64,000 bases of DNA from positions 160,001-224,000 of the IMG/VR virus record IMGVR_UViG_3300048598_000287; one strand, written 5' to 3'. Both the position numbers and the translations under genes were made by a program. Below, in pieces: positions 1 through 10,540 of the stretch. Below the pieces are notes generated by a model. The model was not told where the DNA came from. It did no database searches and saw nothing but the letters and a program-made list of their open reading frames with translations. The stretch comes from a virus. Lineage: Duplodnaviria > Caudoviricetes. Each line of letters starts with the position of its first letter. Position 1 is the stretch's first letter.

Positions 1-3000
1 GTCATTATATTCATGCGAAGTAAGATATCCTGATGGAAGGCGGCTTTCATAAATGGTAATCTCATGCGCCGTTATAAATGCGTTTTTTTCTGAATTTATT
101 ACTCTTTCGGAATCATACATGTGCATCGGCATCTTCTGTGAATACATAGGAAGAAGGGATTTGGAATATCCAATGATTCCGGATGTGTCATTGGTATCAT
201 CCGAATACATCGATATTAATTCCAATGGATTATTCGACCCATCGGTAAGATCCTTTGTAGCGGAAGCAGAGAATGCAACAACCTTGTCAGGAAACCCTAG
301 GATAGCCTTACGTATTTCCGAATCGCTGCTGGAAACCATCGCTTTTACATCTGATGATGGAAGGTCAGGAAACGCGGTTCCGTCAGTTGAAAAAACATGA
401 GACATCGGGCAGAATGGATCCATCGCTCCATTTTTAAATTCGTCCGCTATATTTTCAAGATATGATATGCCACGGAGTCCTCTATTTATCTCATTTATGG
501 TAAGAAATCCATTTACCATGCTGCATGCTCGGTTGATGGTAAGGTCAGAGGACGATGATCCATACGCTGCGCGTATTATGCTATGGTTTGCCGCATAATT
601 AAAAGGCGAGGAATTTTCGATTCCAGAAAGTGAATCCCCTGTAAATGTTTCTTCAGTCTTCTGCGTTGTCCCGCCCTGCGTTTTGGAACTGACATACATT
701 ATGTTTCCACTTGCCCCGGATAGGACAGAACTCATGTCAGTATCATAAAAGATGTCAAATCCCGGAATCTTGGTTATCTTATCCCATCCGGCATACTCAA
801 TGTTCCGTTCGTCTCCGTTTGGATAAACGCCAAGCGTATAATCAGGCGTATGTATAAGTTTTATAAGCCATTCGTTTATTTTTTTAAGGGTAGTTGCATC
901 ATTTGTAACAGGAAGAAGACCATCAGGGGGCCACGATGTGTCCTTAACTGAATATGACGTCCCGGAATACTTATAGCCAACCCTCGATATTTTAAAATCT
1001 CCTATTAGATCCCAATACGCGAGTTTTGCCTGAGATGTCACTGACATGGTGTCATCATCTCCGGAATAATCCGTATCTATGGATGACGCCAATGCCACCC
1101 GGGTAAGCTCGCCAAGGACACTTGCCGATGGAGTAAGATCATAATTTATCCTGATCTTATCAGCCGAAGCTCCACTTATGCCAAGGGGTTCAGATAGTTT
1201 AGCAAATATATCAGAGTTGACATCAAACATCATTTTTGCCACGGATGTTTCACCGGAAGAGTCCAGCCAGTCAACATCAGCTCCCGATGTCAATCCTAGA
1301 TGGCGTATCCTTTTTCGACCGTTAAGCCGCCATGGAAATGTTCCTGTTGATGTAGGATACACAGTGGCAATCACTGCATCAGGATCATTAAAAACAGTAT
1401 CGGAATTGTCAGCAGTAGATATGAATACCGTACTGTCTCCGGCTGCCCTTTCAGTAAGGCCTTCCTTGTCATCCGAACTATTTTTAAGATATCTTATATC
1501 CATCATGCAGTTGGTGTCTTTCGTCAGCATAGACCATTTTCTAGATGTCGTGCTATATGGAAATGTTCCATCGACATATACCGACGTAGTATACAATTTA
1601 ATGTTTTCCATGGATGGATCTATCAATGTTTCAAATTTAACTAACATTCCATCCGATGAAATAGACTTGACCGTATAGTATCCTTGATAAGCCGTTCTGA
1701 CGCTGAATTCAATAATCTCCCCAATGGAATGGCCATCCTGCGAAAATGTATATTCATAATCATTTCCAGTGGAAGTAAGCGTTATTGTATCTGCCCCTAT
1801 TTTAACGATATCTGAAGAAGTAACTGCACGTCCGATAAGAACAGTAACCGTTGATCCGGAAACCGAACTTACTTTTCCTGATGCCATGATCTCTATAGTG
1901 CCGTCAATAATTACCTTTGATTTTGCCTTTACCCCGGTCAATGCAGAGGCAAAGGTTAAAGCGTCATATTCGGTATTTTCAGAAGAATCTACATAAAAAG
2001 TTCCGGAAACCGAAGAGACGGTAGCAGATCCCTCATATGTATATTTTTTATTACATTCTCCGGTGTTTATTATGGAAAATGCTATGCTTCCTACATCATC
2101 TGATGTAAGCGTGCTCATTGTATAAAACCTAAAATGTCCATCGGATACGGACACAGTATCGCCATTTATCCTGTTATCTGAAAGTGAGTATTGCTTTCCG
2201 GTAAGTATATATGCCCTTGGCTGACGTATATAAGAATAATACCCCTTAAGTCTGTCGGAAGATGTTCCGGAAGATGGCTGTGCGGTTATTGGAAGGGCTA
2301 TATTGAATTCTCTTTTCTCTCCATCAATGACGGTAAGAGGCGTAGTAAGATGTATATACGTTTTGCGAGGAGGAGTCGATGCTATATTTGATAGGTCCGT
2401 ATTTATTACTATTGTGTCACGTCCTCCTATCCAAGGAAGATTAGGTTCACTTATTGTTATGTTATTATTGTAACTTCCGGTGAATTCATCTTCAGGATAG
2501 TCAGGAACAGGTGTATCGGTCCCTGAACTATCAATAGCCATTGCATTCATCTGGCGTTCATATTCGTTTTTTTCAATTATGCCCGCTGAATTTATATTAG
2601 ATATCAGACATCCTTCGGAAGAAGTGTCACTAGGTATCTTACCAAAAGAATCAATGAGAAGTATCCGGCGGCCCGATGATATCGCAATAGGAGAATCGCC
2701 GAGAAACCATTTGATCAGAAGTCCGTTAGCTACGGTAGGATATTCTTTTCCATAAAATTTTCCACAGCTAATGGCATCCCCTAACCGAGAACGTAAATAG
2801 TCCCCCACCTCCTTCCGGCTCTCCGCTTTCCTATAATGATTAAGCGTTCCAGAATCATCATATACACCGCCTTCTACATTATCATTTTCAGTTCCATCGA
2901 AAGTAAGTTCAGACAAGCAGTCAGCCGGAAGGGCAGATATATATAGCCATTTATATGATATAATAGATCCGCTAGTGGAAAGGTAAATTTTATATATCCC

Positions 3001-3534
3001 GTTATCATCTCCACATCCGGTAAATTTAAGTATATTGTGATTATCATCCGGTATGAATGCAACAGTGATTGGTATTCCTTCATCAGGAAGCGACATTGAT
3101 GACGGTGATGATATGTAATTTCCAGTCATCACCTCATATGTTCCATTAAATTCCAAATATGCCTGATATGAATTTCCTACGGCTATCTTTACGGTCACGC
3201 CGGCGGTATATTCAGCATAATCAGTAGTAAATTTATATCCCTCTGTATCATGCCGAAGCGTTCCATCGATGGAAAATCCATCTCCGGAATTATTTATCAA
3301 AGGAAAAGAAAACACTGACTTATGGACATATATGGCGTCAGGAAGCGGATCGGAAGGAACTACGGAAACCGTGGGCACGAAAAGAGTTGGAATCTTACCG
3401 GACGGCTCTCCGTAATCGCTTACATTTACATTGGGAAATCCCAGAGGGCTTATAGTGAAATTGCCGGATGTATCACCGGTTATCTTCGCTGGCTCTCTGG
3501 AGACGTAATCCTTTATTTTTTCAATACTTGCCAT
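1..3534 (-). CDS. Large virion structural protein (>=1178 aa, runs off the window's left edge)
   Basis: Absent from the ORF track because there is no stop in the window. Manual translation from ATG 3534 (GGAG RBS; MASIEKIKDYVSREP...) stays open to position 1. S/T/D/G-rich, preceded by late promoter 3556-3564. Confidence 0.8.
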   Translation of the reverse strand, partial: MASIEKIKDYVSREPAKITGDTSGNFTISPLGFPNVNVSDYGEPSGKIPTLFVPTVSVVPSDPLPDAIYVHKSVFSFPLINNSGDGFSIDGTLRHDTEGYKFTTDYAEYTAGVTVKIAVGNSYQAYLEFNGTYEVMTGNYISSPSSMSLPDEGIPITVAFIPDDNHNILKFTGCGDDNGIYKIYLSTSGSIISYKWLYISALPADCLSELTFDGTENDNVEGGVYDDSGTLNHYRKAESRKEVGDYLRSRLGDAISCGKFYGKEYPTVANGLLIKWFLGDSPIAISSGRRILLIDSFGKIPSDTSSEGCLISNINSAGIIEKNEYERQMNAMAIDSSGTDTPVPDYPEDEFTGSYNNNITISEPNLPWIGGRDTIVINTDLSNIASTPPRKTYIHLTTPLTVIDGEKREFNIALPITAQPSSGTSSDRLKGYYSYIRQPRAYILTGKQYSLSDNRINGDTVSVSDGHFRFYTMSTLTSDDVGSIAFSIINTGECNKKYTYEGSATVSSVSGTFYVDSSENTEYDALTFASALTGVKAKSKVIIDGTIEIMASGKVSSVSGSTVTVLIGRAVTSSDIVKIGADTITLTSTGNDYEYTFSQDGHSIGEIIEFSVRTAYQGYYTVKSISSDGMLVKFETLIDPSMENIKLYTTSVYVDGTFPYSTTSRKWSMLTKDTNCMMDIRYLKNSSDDKEGLTERAAGDSTVFISTADNSDTVFNDPDAVIATVYPTSTGTFPWRLNGRKRIRHLGLTSGADVDWLDSSGETSVAKMMFDVNSDIFAKLSEPLGISGASADKIRINYDLTPSASVLGELTRVALASSIDTDYSGDDDTMSVTSQAKLAYWDLIGDFKISRVGYKYSGTSYSVKDTSWPPDGLLPVTNDATTLKKINEWLIKLIHTPDYTLGVYPNGDERNIEYAGWDKITKIPGFDIFYDTDMSSVLSGASGNIMYVSSKTQGGTTQKTEETFTGDSLSGIENSSPFNYAANHSIIRAAYGSSSSDLTINRACSMVNGFLTINEINRGLRGISYLENIADEFKNGAMDPFCPMSHVFSTDGTAFPDLPSSDVKAMVSSSDSEIRKAILGFPDKVVAFSASATKDLTDGSNNPLELISMYSDDTNDTSGIIGYSKSLLPMYSQKMPMHMYDSERVINSEKNAFITAHEITIYESRLPSGYLTSHEYND

Positions 3535-3553
3535 TATGTCTCCCATTAACACA

Positions 3554-3597
3554 AATAGTTTATATGGCCGGAATATTTCGCGGCGATATAAACTATT
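3554..3597. promoter_or_regulatory. Divergent pair of late promoters (TATAAACTA at 3556-3564 minus and 3587-3595 plus)
   Basis: aatagtttatat...atataaactatt between divergent genes. The motif recurs before structural genes and resembles the T4 late TATAAATA. Confidence 0.75.
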
Positions 3598-3621
3598 GCA
3601 AGAATATAACGAGAGAAAAAT

Positions 3622-4056
3622 ATGACGTTCATCGATTTCATTCACGACAATGTATCAGACGAAAAATTCAAAAAGACCATCGATTCATTATACATCCTAT
3701 GGAAAGAATCTTACCCGGACTCTGACGTGCAAATGGAGGCGGATGACGGATCATCTACGGATACCAATGGTAATTCTGTAATTCCAGGAAATACTGCATC
3801 TACTTCAACTGAAGGTGCTAATACATCGGCAACTTCTTCTGATACAGACTGGAAAGGAGCGTTTAATCTTAATAATCTGGATGCGACTGCGGCAACTACA
3901 GTTGCCTCCCGGCTCAATGATATAGAAAAGGCAAAGGCTGATGCCGAAAAATATGCTGCATCAGCAAAGGACAATATTGACAAGCAATATGCAGAGGCGC
4001 AGAATCTGCTAAATGCATCCGCATCGTCAAAAAGCACTACGAATACCGTAGGGTGA
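3622..4056 (+). CDS. Hypothetical protein, possible internal head protein (divergent leader, low-complexity body)
   Basis: 144-aa ORF after late promoter; MTFIDFIH...VQME|ADD. Confidence 0.7.
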   Translation: MTFIDFIHDNVSDEKFKKTIDSLYILWKESYPDSDVQMEADDGSSTDTNGNSVIPGNTASTSTEGANTSATSSDTDWKGAFNLNNLDATAATTVASRLNDIEKAKADAEKYAASAKDNIDKQYAEAQNLLNASASSKSTTNTVG

Positions 4057-4063
4057 GGTAATC

Positions 4064-4570
4064 ATGATGACATTTAAAGAACAATTACGAAAGATGCAGA
4101 ATTCTGATCCTGAGCTATATGAATCGATTTCATGCGCATATGCAAAAATATTGACTGAATCATCCGGAAATCAAGCTTCTCATAATTCGTCATCAAATGA
4201 TGACGACACTATAATGCAAAGCTCGACAAAAGGCGTAGAAAGCATAATGGATAAAATTCATTCCATGGTGGGAGTGAATGAGAAAAAGAAAGAAGGGGAA
4301 AAAATTCTAGATACATCCAACGATGATGTCGATACAGTAAAGCCAGATGAGGAACAGACTGCGGATCTAATGGGCAAATCGCCCGACGAATCGGCTAACT
4401 TATCTGATAATGCGCAAACTGCTTTAGATAATCTATTCGCAGATTCTTCAGCATCAGGCGAAAACAGGGAAGAATCCCAGGATGACTATGATCCATTCGC
4501 AGAAGGAGAATCTGAACTGTTTGGAGATTCTGACCAGAGTGAATCACAGGATAAATCGGACGCCGTTTGA
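4064..4570 (+). CDS. Acidic hypothetical protein, possible internal head/core protein with leader
   Basis: 168 aa, GAGG RBS, leader MMTFKEQLRKM...KILTE|SS, very D/E-rich. Confidence 0.7.
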   Translation: MMTFKEQLRKMQNSDPELYESISCAYAKILTESSGNQASHNSSSNDDDTIMQSSTKGVESIMDKIHSMVGVNEKKKEGEKILDTSNDDVDTVKPDEEQTADLMGKSPDESANLSDNAQTALDNLFADSSASGENREESQDDYDPFAEGESELFGDSDQSESQDKSDAV

Positions 4571-4572
4571 AA

Positions 4573-5121
4573 TTAATCGGATTCCTCACAAAATGATGAG
4601 GCATCCTTTTCAGATGAAAAACAATCGGAGAATTTTGCCAGTCCGCTGGTAAGCGTATCGATCTCGCGGTTATATTTTACCCTCTTCCAATATTCCTTAT
4701 CAGTAGGGTGATCATTCATTATGATTGCCCTATTATCTGATAAATCGGCAATTTTTACCAATATCGCAGGTCGGCTTTCCATTATCTGGGCAAAATATTC
4801 TTCTCTGCAAGATGTCTTATTATGTGAAAGATGAACTACGGCTTCCCATACGTTCTCCGGGAAAAACATGCTTAGATCTCCCTGAGTGAATCCGCCATTA
4901 TCAAGTATATCATGAAGATAGCCTATTGTTATAATGGAATCATCCCGCTGATCCCCCTTCAAAATATCCACTACCCGCTGAATGTGGGAAAAAAGTGTAT
5001 TTCCCGCTTTGTCTTTCTGGCCAGTATGGGCAAATTCAGCAAAATCAGATGCGGTGCGCTTCATATCGCCGGTAGATTTATAAGTCCTAAGAAACTTATT
5101 TATATCTGTTCTTGTATACAT
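4573..5121 (-). CDS. HD-domain protein, Mesh1/SpoT-like (p)ppGpp hydrolase family
   Basis: AHTGQKDKAG, SHIQRV, YLHDILDN and VKIADLSDN motifs. Confidence 0.8.
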   Translation of the reverse strand: MYTRTDINKFLRTYKSTGDMKRTASDFAEFAHTGQKDKAGNTLFSHIQRVVDILKGDQRDDSIITIGYLHDILDNGGFTQGDLSMFFPENVWEAVVHLSHNKTSCREEYFAQIMESRPAILVKIADLSDNRAIIMNDHPTDKEYWKRVKYNREIDTLTSGLAKFSDCFSSEKDASSFCEESD

Positions 5122-5208
5122 CAGTTCTCCGTATTTAACTTACATTTACAAACCAACATGGAATATCCATCCTGCTTCATCATTAAAATATATTTTTTTA
5201 CGCGAATT

Positions 5209-6987
5209 CTAAATCCTAGTTAAAAATACTTTATCAAACGGATCAGAAAACATTGGATATCCGGCAGTTTCCATCCCGCTGAATGCATTTCCAGGTTCAT
5301 CCGAATTGGAAATGTTCCCGGGATTGGTGGGATCGACGAATCCAACAGGCCCAATGAATACATGATCAGGTAATTGATAATAATCGAATATCTTCCATGT
5401 TCCTGAAGATGCCGAATATATGAACGTCGCCCGGTACATCACCGGTCTGTTAGCTATCCCTATGTTTTCATCATATACATAGAAATTAGTCAGTCTAGCC
5501 ATGGAAAATTTAGCTATTGGATTGGTTAGGCATGATCCAGAATATGCTTCGCTGGCATTTTTAACTGAATATACATAAATCTGCGCCTTGTTTATTATGA
5601 GATCATTGGTAACTTTCCCGTTAAGTGATGGGTTAGGCCATATACGGAAGAAAAATTCGAACGTATATCCGTCTTCTGGAAGGCTTATACCGGAGGACGT
5701 ATCCGATTCCACCGGAAGATATATGCACAGTCCCTGGTCAAGATCAGGGCCATCATAATTTATATAATTTATGGTAGATACGTTTTCAGCAGCATGGTCG
5801 AATAACATTCCGGCAGAATATGACTGCCGTTCAGTCCCGGGAATGGAATCATCGAACGCCGATGTCTTTCCAGATGTCCATACTGGAGATGATGCCACAG
5901 GATACATGGCATAATTAGACGTGCTTATGACTCCTACCTTTCGGTTATATATAGATTCAGGTTTTTTATATGATACATTTCCATCAATTGATATATTGAC
6001 ATTAAGACTGGCATAAGAATCGCCGGAATTTTTAAGCATGATTCCCTTTATATCTACATCAGGAGAAATCCTGACTATCGTAGATGAGGTGAATTTTTCG
6101 CTGATAGGAACGGCAACTATTTCCTTCCATCTATCGGAAGCATCAGATTGCTCAGTATAATTTCCGGATCCGTCATACGATCCTATATAATCAGATGGAT
6201 CGCTTCTGTTTATTCCATCATCGATTAGATTGACAAACATATGGTAATTTCCGTAGTCCGACAATGCCCTGACGACGAGGCTTCCTTTATTATATACACT
6301 GGTAGAATCCCATACTGATCCTACCTTAACTAATGAAGACGTCCCGAACATTCCCGTGTTAAGTGAAGTGACATCTTCCGTTGCGACATATATGTTTCCC
6401 GCATAAATCACAAAATGATTTTTAAGAACGGATGTCATCGATACGGCATAATCAGTTATAAGATCGGATACATATCCTAGAGTTACCAGTTCATCCCATG
6501 TTTTAGGAGAAACTGAATCCTGCTGGGTGACTATTTTTAATTCATTTGCCGAATTTCTGACTATGCTTGACTTAATATAATCAGTGGATGACGCATTGGC
6601 GACAAATATATACACATCTTCGAATGCCATCCACGAGGTTCCGCCTGAATTAGATACATTAATCCTAAGAACTAGGGTGTCCTTTTTTGCAGAATCAGAA
6701 CTGGTCGTTACCATGATCGGATATTCATTTGTATAGGCATATGAATCGGCGGCTACTGGAGAAACACTTGTTGTACCAGCTGTTATAAGCTGTGACTTTT
6801 TAGTGGGAAACGTCCATGTGTTATAATAAGGCGGACTGTCTTTTGTCAGACGAACTGTTACCGTATCTTCCGTTGAATTGTTCCATTCAACTATCGCATT
6901 GAATATCGCCTCGAAATTATAATTGTTCCTGGAAATATCTCTGCTGATAGATTCAAGAGGAAACGCATTTACATAACTAGCATTCAT
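5209..6987 (-). CDS. Putative tail/baseplate structural protein
   Basis: ~592 aa S/T/Y-rich, directly downstream of the tail-fibre-like gene; CBM5/12-like WDSTSVYNKGSLV; AGGAAGG RBS before ATG 6987. Confidence 0.6.
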   Translation of the reverse strand: MNASYVNAFPLESISRDISRNNYNFEAIFNAIVEWNNSTEDTVTVRLTKDSPPYYNTWTFPTKKSQLITAGTTSVSPVAADSYAYTNEYPIMVTTSSDSAKKDTLVLRINVSNSGGTSWMAFEDVYIFVANASSTDYIKSSIVRNSANELKIVTQQDSVSPKTWDELVTLGYVSDLITDYAVSMTSVLKNHFVIYAGNIYVATEDVTSLNTGMFGTSSLVKVGSVWDSTSVYNKGSLVVRALSDYGNYHMFVNLIDDGINRSDPSDYIGSYDGSGNYTEQSDASDRWKEIVAVPISEKFTSSTIVRISPDVDIKGIMLKNSGDSYASLNVNISIDGNVSYKKPESIYNRKVGVISTSNYAMYPVASSPVWTSGKTSAFDDSIPGTERQSYSAGMLFDHAAENVSTINYINYDGPDLDQGLCIYLPVESDTSSGISLPEDGYTFEFFFRIWPNPSLNGKVTNDLIINKAQIYVYSVKNASEAYSGSCLTNPIAKFSMARLTNFYVYDENIGIANRPVMYRATFIYSASSGTWKIFDYYQLPDHVFIGPVGFVDPTNPGNISNSDEPGNAFSGMETAGYPMFSDPFDKVFLTRI

Positions 6988-7001
6988 TTTAAACCTTCCT
7001 A

Positions 7002-10000
7002 TCAAAGAGTTATTATAGTCCCAGACGTGGGACCGGTAGGACTATAATAATAAACATTTTTAGATACACCATTTGCTTGCGTGAAGTTCCACGTTAGGGA
7101 GCCATTTCCGCCGGCTCCTGTTCCTACCAGATATACATACATATCCATTCCAGTAGATGGCTGCATCCATAACTGATATTTAGATGGAGAACTTCCGCCA
7201 GATTCTTGTGTTCTGATGAGCTTTGCGTTAATACTAGGAGTATATGTAGACAGAACATTGGACCGGGTTGAACCAGTCTCTCTTCCATTTCCGCTTCCGG
7301 TGGTTATAGTCTCTGTAACATAGGTACCATACGGATGCGCCTTTGTCGGATTTCCTACCCAGTGTGAAACGGTATAATAGTTCGTTGATTCCGATGTAAC
7401 TAATTGAGATTTTAATGCATCTGTAAGATTACTTAAATCGGTTTGATCAGGCGCATTAGCCGTTGTTACCTGCGTCCGTGTGAAGGATGAGCATACCGTA
7501 TTTTCCACAGATAAATTATCTACCGTAGCGCCTAATGTTTTTGCTACTTCAATGCTAAGCATAAGACTATACCGCGCCCCGCCTCTAGGGCCTATACCCA
7601 TGACATCCGCGACAAAATATAATTCGCCGTTTACGAGCACATACTTTCCATTATCATTCACTACAGTTATACCAGGGACTTGTATGTCTGCCACTCTATA
7701 CCAGTTAGTGTCATTTTCTCCGTTGGTTCCTCCCCATTTCAGCTTATACACTACATCATCCAATAGGGCAAGCTTATCCACCTGCATTATTTCAGCCCGG
7801 GTTTCCGTTCCAGCTGAATTTACCTGATGCTGCTTATATCGTAGCATGAATGGGTGCACACCTTCTACATAACTTGGTCCGGGAAGAACAAGTTTAACGG
7901 ATTCATCCGAACAGCTACTATCATAATCTTTAATGTCATTATTTCCGCCCACCGAAGAAAGAACATGGGCAGATGTGCTTCCCGTAAGAAATTCGTCAAA
8001 TCCCCAGCAGGAATCCTCTCTGTTAGGAAGAATGTAATCGGTTCCCATCGTTCTGACTTTTCCGGCAGATGCAATAAGGAATCCGCCGTACATTGTTCTG
8101 GCGATATCTCCGTCAAACCAATAGCTCTGGCTTTTTGCATCTCCGGTAAGAGAAAGAGTGCCTAAAGTTTCAGTATTCTTTTCTATATCAAGATATTTTC
8201 CTTCCATATAGATAAGGCTTCTGGAATTCAGGGCTACTTTATTAGAAGAATACAGGGATAATGTATTAGCTGAACTAATCGCTATATATTCACTATCAGA
8301 ATACAAATTAGAATATACCGGATTATCTTGCCATACCCCATAACTATTGGCAGTAGAATATCGGCTGGTGCAGATGTAGCCGTTTGCATTTACAAATCCA
8401 TTAGTTATATTGATATTACTTTTAAGATCCCGTATTCCGTTTTGCGCGATTATTTCAATTATGGTATTTCTCGGCTGTCCATTGGAATTTACATCTTTAT
8501 GGTCTTCAAACCAATCTTTATCATAGAAATTGATGGATCCTATGCAGTTATCTGTTTTCGTCCGTGTAGTGTATCTTCCCATTGACATCTTTGTGTCAGA
8601 CACGCCGATATGATTTGTATGATATACTTGATAATTTGTAGTGTCCGGATTTATGTCAGTTGCATTGTTTATTGCAAATTCATACGTGCCTTGCGTCACT
8701 TCCATGTACATGTCGGCATGCGATGCAATATCGCTTGTGTTTACCCATCTATGCGGCCCGTCCGGATTGCCATTCAATATTATTCCGGATTCTATATAGC
8801 CATTAACCTTTTCTACGACATAGTTTCTGGCTACCATGAACCCGTTGCTACGGTATACGCCATTGGTTATGTATTCACCGTCTATATATTGCGTGGCAAG
8901 AGTGTTTCCATCCGGAACATATCCGGTGCCAACGATGAAGTTAGGATCTTCCATCGGGAAATTAGCAATGCCCGCTACCGTCTGATTAGCGCCTATGGCG
9001 CAGGTGAGGTAATTAAACGATGTTGAATTTATTCCGAACGGGTTGTCTAGATCAGATGCCGGGGCATATCGGGCAATCCGCCCACCGTTTACTCCATATT
9101 GGGAATAGTTTACATTTGCATCAAGAAATATATCCTGGTAAGTAGGGTATTTTTTTACCGATGTGACGATGGCGATCTGTTTTAAAAATTCTATTTTATC
9201 CCAGTATAGATAATTTCTGCCGTTAATCGACTGATCATATATTATTACCTTATCTCCTGCAGAAATTTTCTGAATTGTATATGGGGTAGACTTATTTTTA
9301 GTATAATACAGTCTGACGACATTTTTAGGCGAATATGTCGCGGACACCTGGTTTGCATCTGAGCATGTGTTAACTATGCTTTCACATCCTTCTGTAAGTT
9401 TAGTCAAATCAGGGACATCGAATACCATTCCGTAATATCCTACGGAATTCATCCGGTTGGCAGAAAATCCATGGTCACCCAATATGACAATATCCTCTCC
9501 TCCGGAAATAGCGCCATTAGAATTATATACCTGATTCCTGTTACCTGCATATATTCCGGAATATCTTCCCTGTACCATGGAGCTAGCGGATATGGCATGC
9601 GCATTGTCGCAGTTAAGGACATAGGTGCTGTCTCCTCCAGCCGTGCAGAATCTTCCTACTATCTTTGTGTTGTATCCATATGCCAGACTGTATGAATTAA
9701 GAGATCCGCCAACATTTTCAGAAACCCGGGTATCATATCGATCGCTTCCATCATTCCCACCCAAAGCTATATTAGGAGAATTAAGTGTAAAATATTCATC
9801 TATGTCAAACCGCCATGTCTTTCCCCCAGCAGAATGTTCGGTATCGTCCCCTTGAGATCCCATGATGGCCTGCATATAATATCCCATGGGTAGCAGATAT
9901 GTCTCATATTGACTATATTCTGCGGTGGACATGTTTTCGTCAAAAACCGGAGTCCGCAAATTTATGGGGATTGGGCATGAATTAAGAAGCTCCATCTTAT

Positions 10001-10409
10001 TTACTGACGAAGTTATCTTATCTATCCAATACTGATTTCCAGAATCCTTATTACTGGATGTCATATACAGTATTTTAGAATGCGTTATCACGGAGCCAAG
10101 CAAGTCGTCGTTCTGTGCATCGGATATTAAAACGGTGCCAGAAGCAGAGGCCGGCATGAAATTAGTCCTGACATTGGTGCACGCCTCGGAAAATGTATCG
10201 GAAGTGAAGCCGAGTCCAGACCATTCATTATACAACCTATATAGAAGATATATTCCCTTTCTGGATAAGGTAAGCGTGTTTCCAGCTTTTACTACGCTAT
10301 ACCCGTCTGACGTGCCATATCTTAGGACAGATCGTATAAGAGCGTTAAGCACACTTCTTGAATTATATGTTAGTACGTCTATTTCCTTTACTAATCTATC
10401 CAACGACAT
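7002..10409 (-). CDS. Putative tail fibre / receptor-binding protein
   Basis: 1135 aa with G/S/N-rich beta-roll-like repeats (GRYSGIYAGNRNQV..SNGAISGGE); late promoter at 10436-10444. Confidence 0.55.
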   Translation of the reverse strand: MSLDRLVKEIDVLTYNSRSVLNALIRSVLRYGTSDGYSVVKAGNTLTLSRKGIYLLYRLYNEWSGLGFTSDTFSEACTNVRTNFMPASASGTVLISDAQNDDLLGSVITHSKILYMTSSNKDSGNQYWIDKITSSVNKMELLNSCPIPINLRTPVFDENMSTAEYSQYETYLLPMGYYMQAIMGSQGDDTEHSAGGKTWRFDIDEYFTLNSPNIALGGNDGSDRYDTRVSENVGGSLNSYSLAYGYNTKIVGRFCTAGGDSTYVLNCDNAHAISASSMVQGRYSGIYAGNRNQVYNSNGAISGGEDIVILGDHGFSANRMNSVGYYGMVFDVPDLTKLTEGCESIVNTCSDANQVSATYSPKNVVRLYYTKNKSTPYTIQKISAGDKVIIYDQSINGRNYLYWDKIEFLKQIAIVTSVKKYPTYQDIFLDANVNYSQYGVNGGRIARYAPASDLDNPFGINSTSFNYLTCAIGANQTVAGIANFPMEDPNFIVGTGYVPDGNTLATQYIDGEYITNGVYRSNGFMVARNYVVEKVNGYIESGIILNGNPDGPHRWVNTSDIASHADMYMEVTQGTYEFAINNATDINPDTTNYQVYHTNHIGVSDTKMSMGRYTTRTKTDNCIGSINFYDKDWFEDHKDVNSNGQPRNTIIEIIAQNGIRDLKSNINITNGFVNANGYICTSRYSTANSYGVWQDNPVYSNLYSDSEYIAISSANTLSLYSSNKVALNSRSLIYMEGKYLDIEKNTETLGTLSLTGDAKSQSYWFDGDIARTMYGGFLIASAGKVRTMGTDYILPNREDSCWGFDEFLTGSTSAHVLSSVGGNNDIKDYDSSCSDESVKLVLPGPSYVEGVHPFMLRYKQHQVNSAGTETRAEIMQVDKLALLDDVVYKLKWGGTNGENDTNWYRVADIQVPGITVVNDNGKYVLVNGELYFVADVMGIGPRGGARYSLMLSIEVAKTLGATVDNLSVENTVCSSFTRTQVTTANAPDQTDLSNLTDALKSQLVTSESTNYYTVSHWVGNPTKAHPYGTYVTETITTGSGNGRETGSTRSNVLSTYTPSINAKLIRTQESGGSSPSKYQLWMQPSTGMDMYVYLVGTGAGGNGSLTWNFTQANGVSKNVYYYSPTGPTSGTIITL

Positions 10410-10435
10410 ATTACGACCACCTAATTTACTGCCAA

Positions 10436-10480
10436 TAGTTTATATAAGATGTGCGGAAGAAAACTCCCAGACGTTAATCT
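10436..10480. repeat. Late promoter abutting an IS200/IS605-end-like hairpin remnant
   Basis: Reverse complement is close to 40366-40410 (gtc.gg.agttttcttccgca.atcttatataaacta). Confidence 0.6.
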
Positions 10481-10540
10481 AAAGTCGAGTGGTCGGAACG
10501 GTCATCCATTGAGGTAATTACCATGTATGACAGGAGTGGT

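Noticed and set aside
53-3549. Short ORFs in the track over 1-3.5 kb
   Set aside because: Shadows of the long minus-strand ORF 1-3534. The same applies to other antisense ORFs such as 55976-56923, 33197-33784 and 39745-40290
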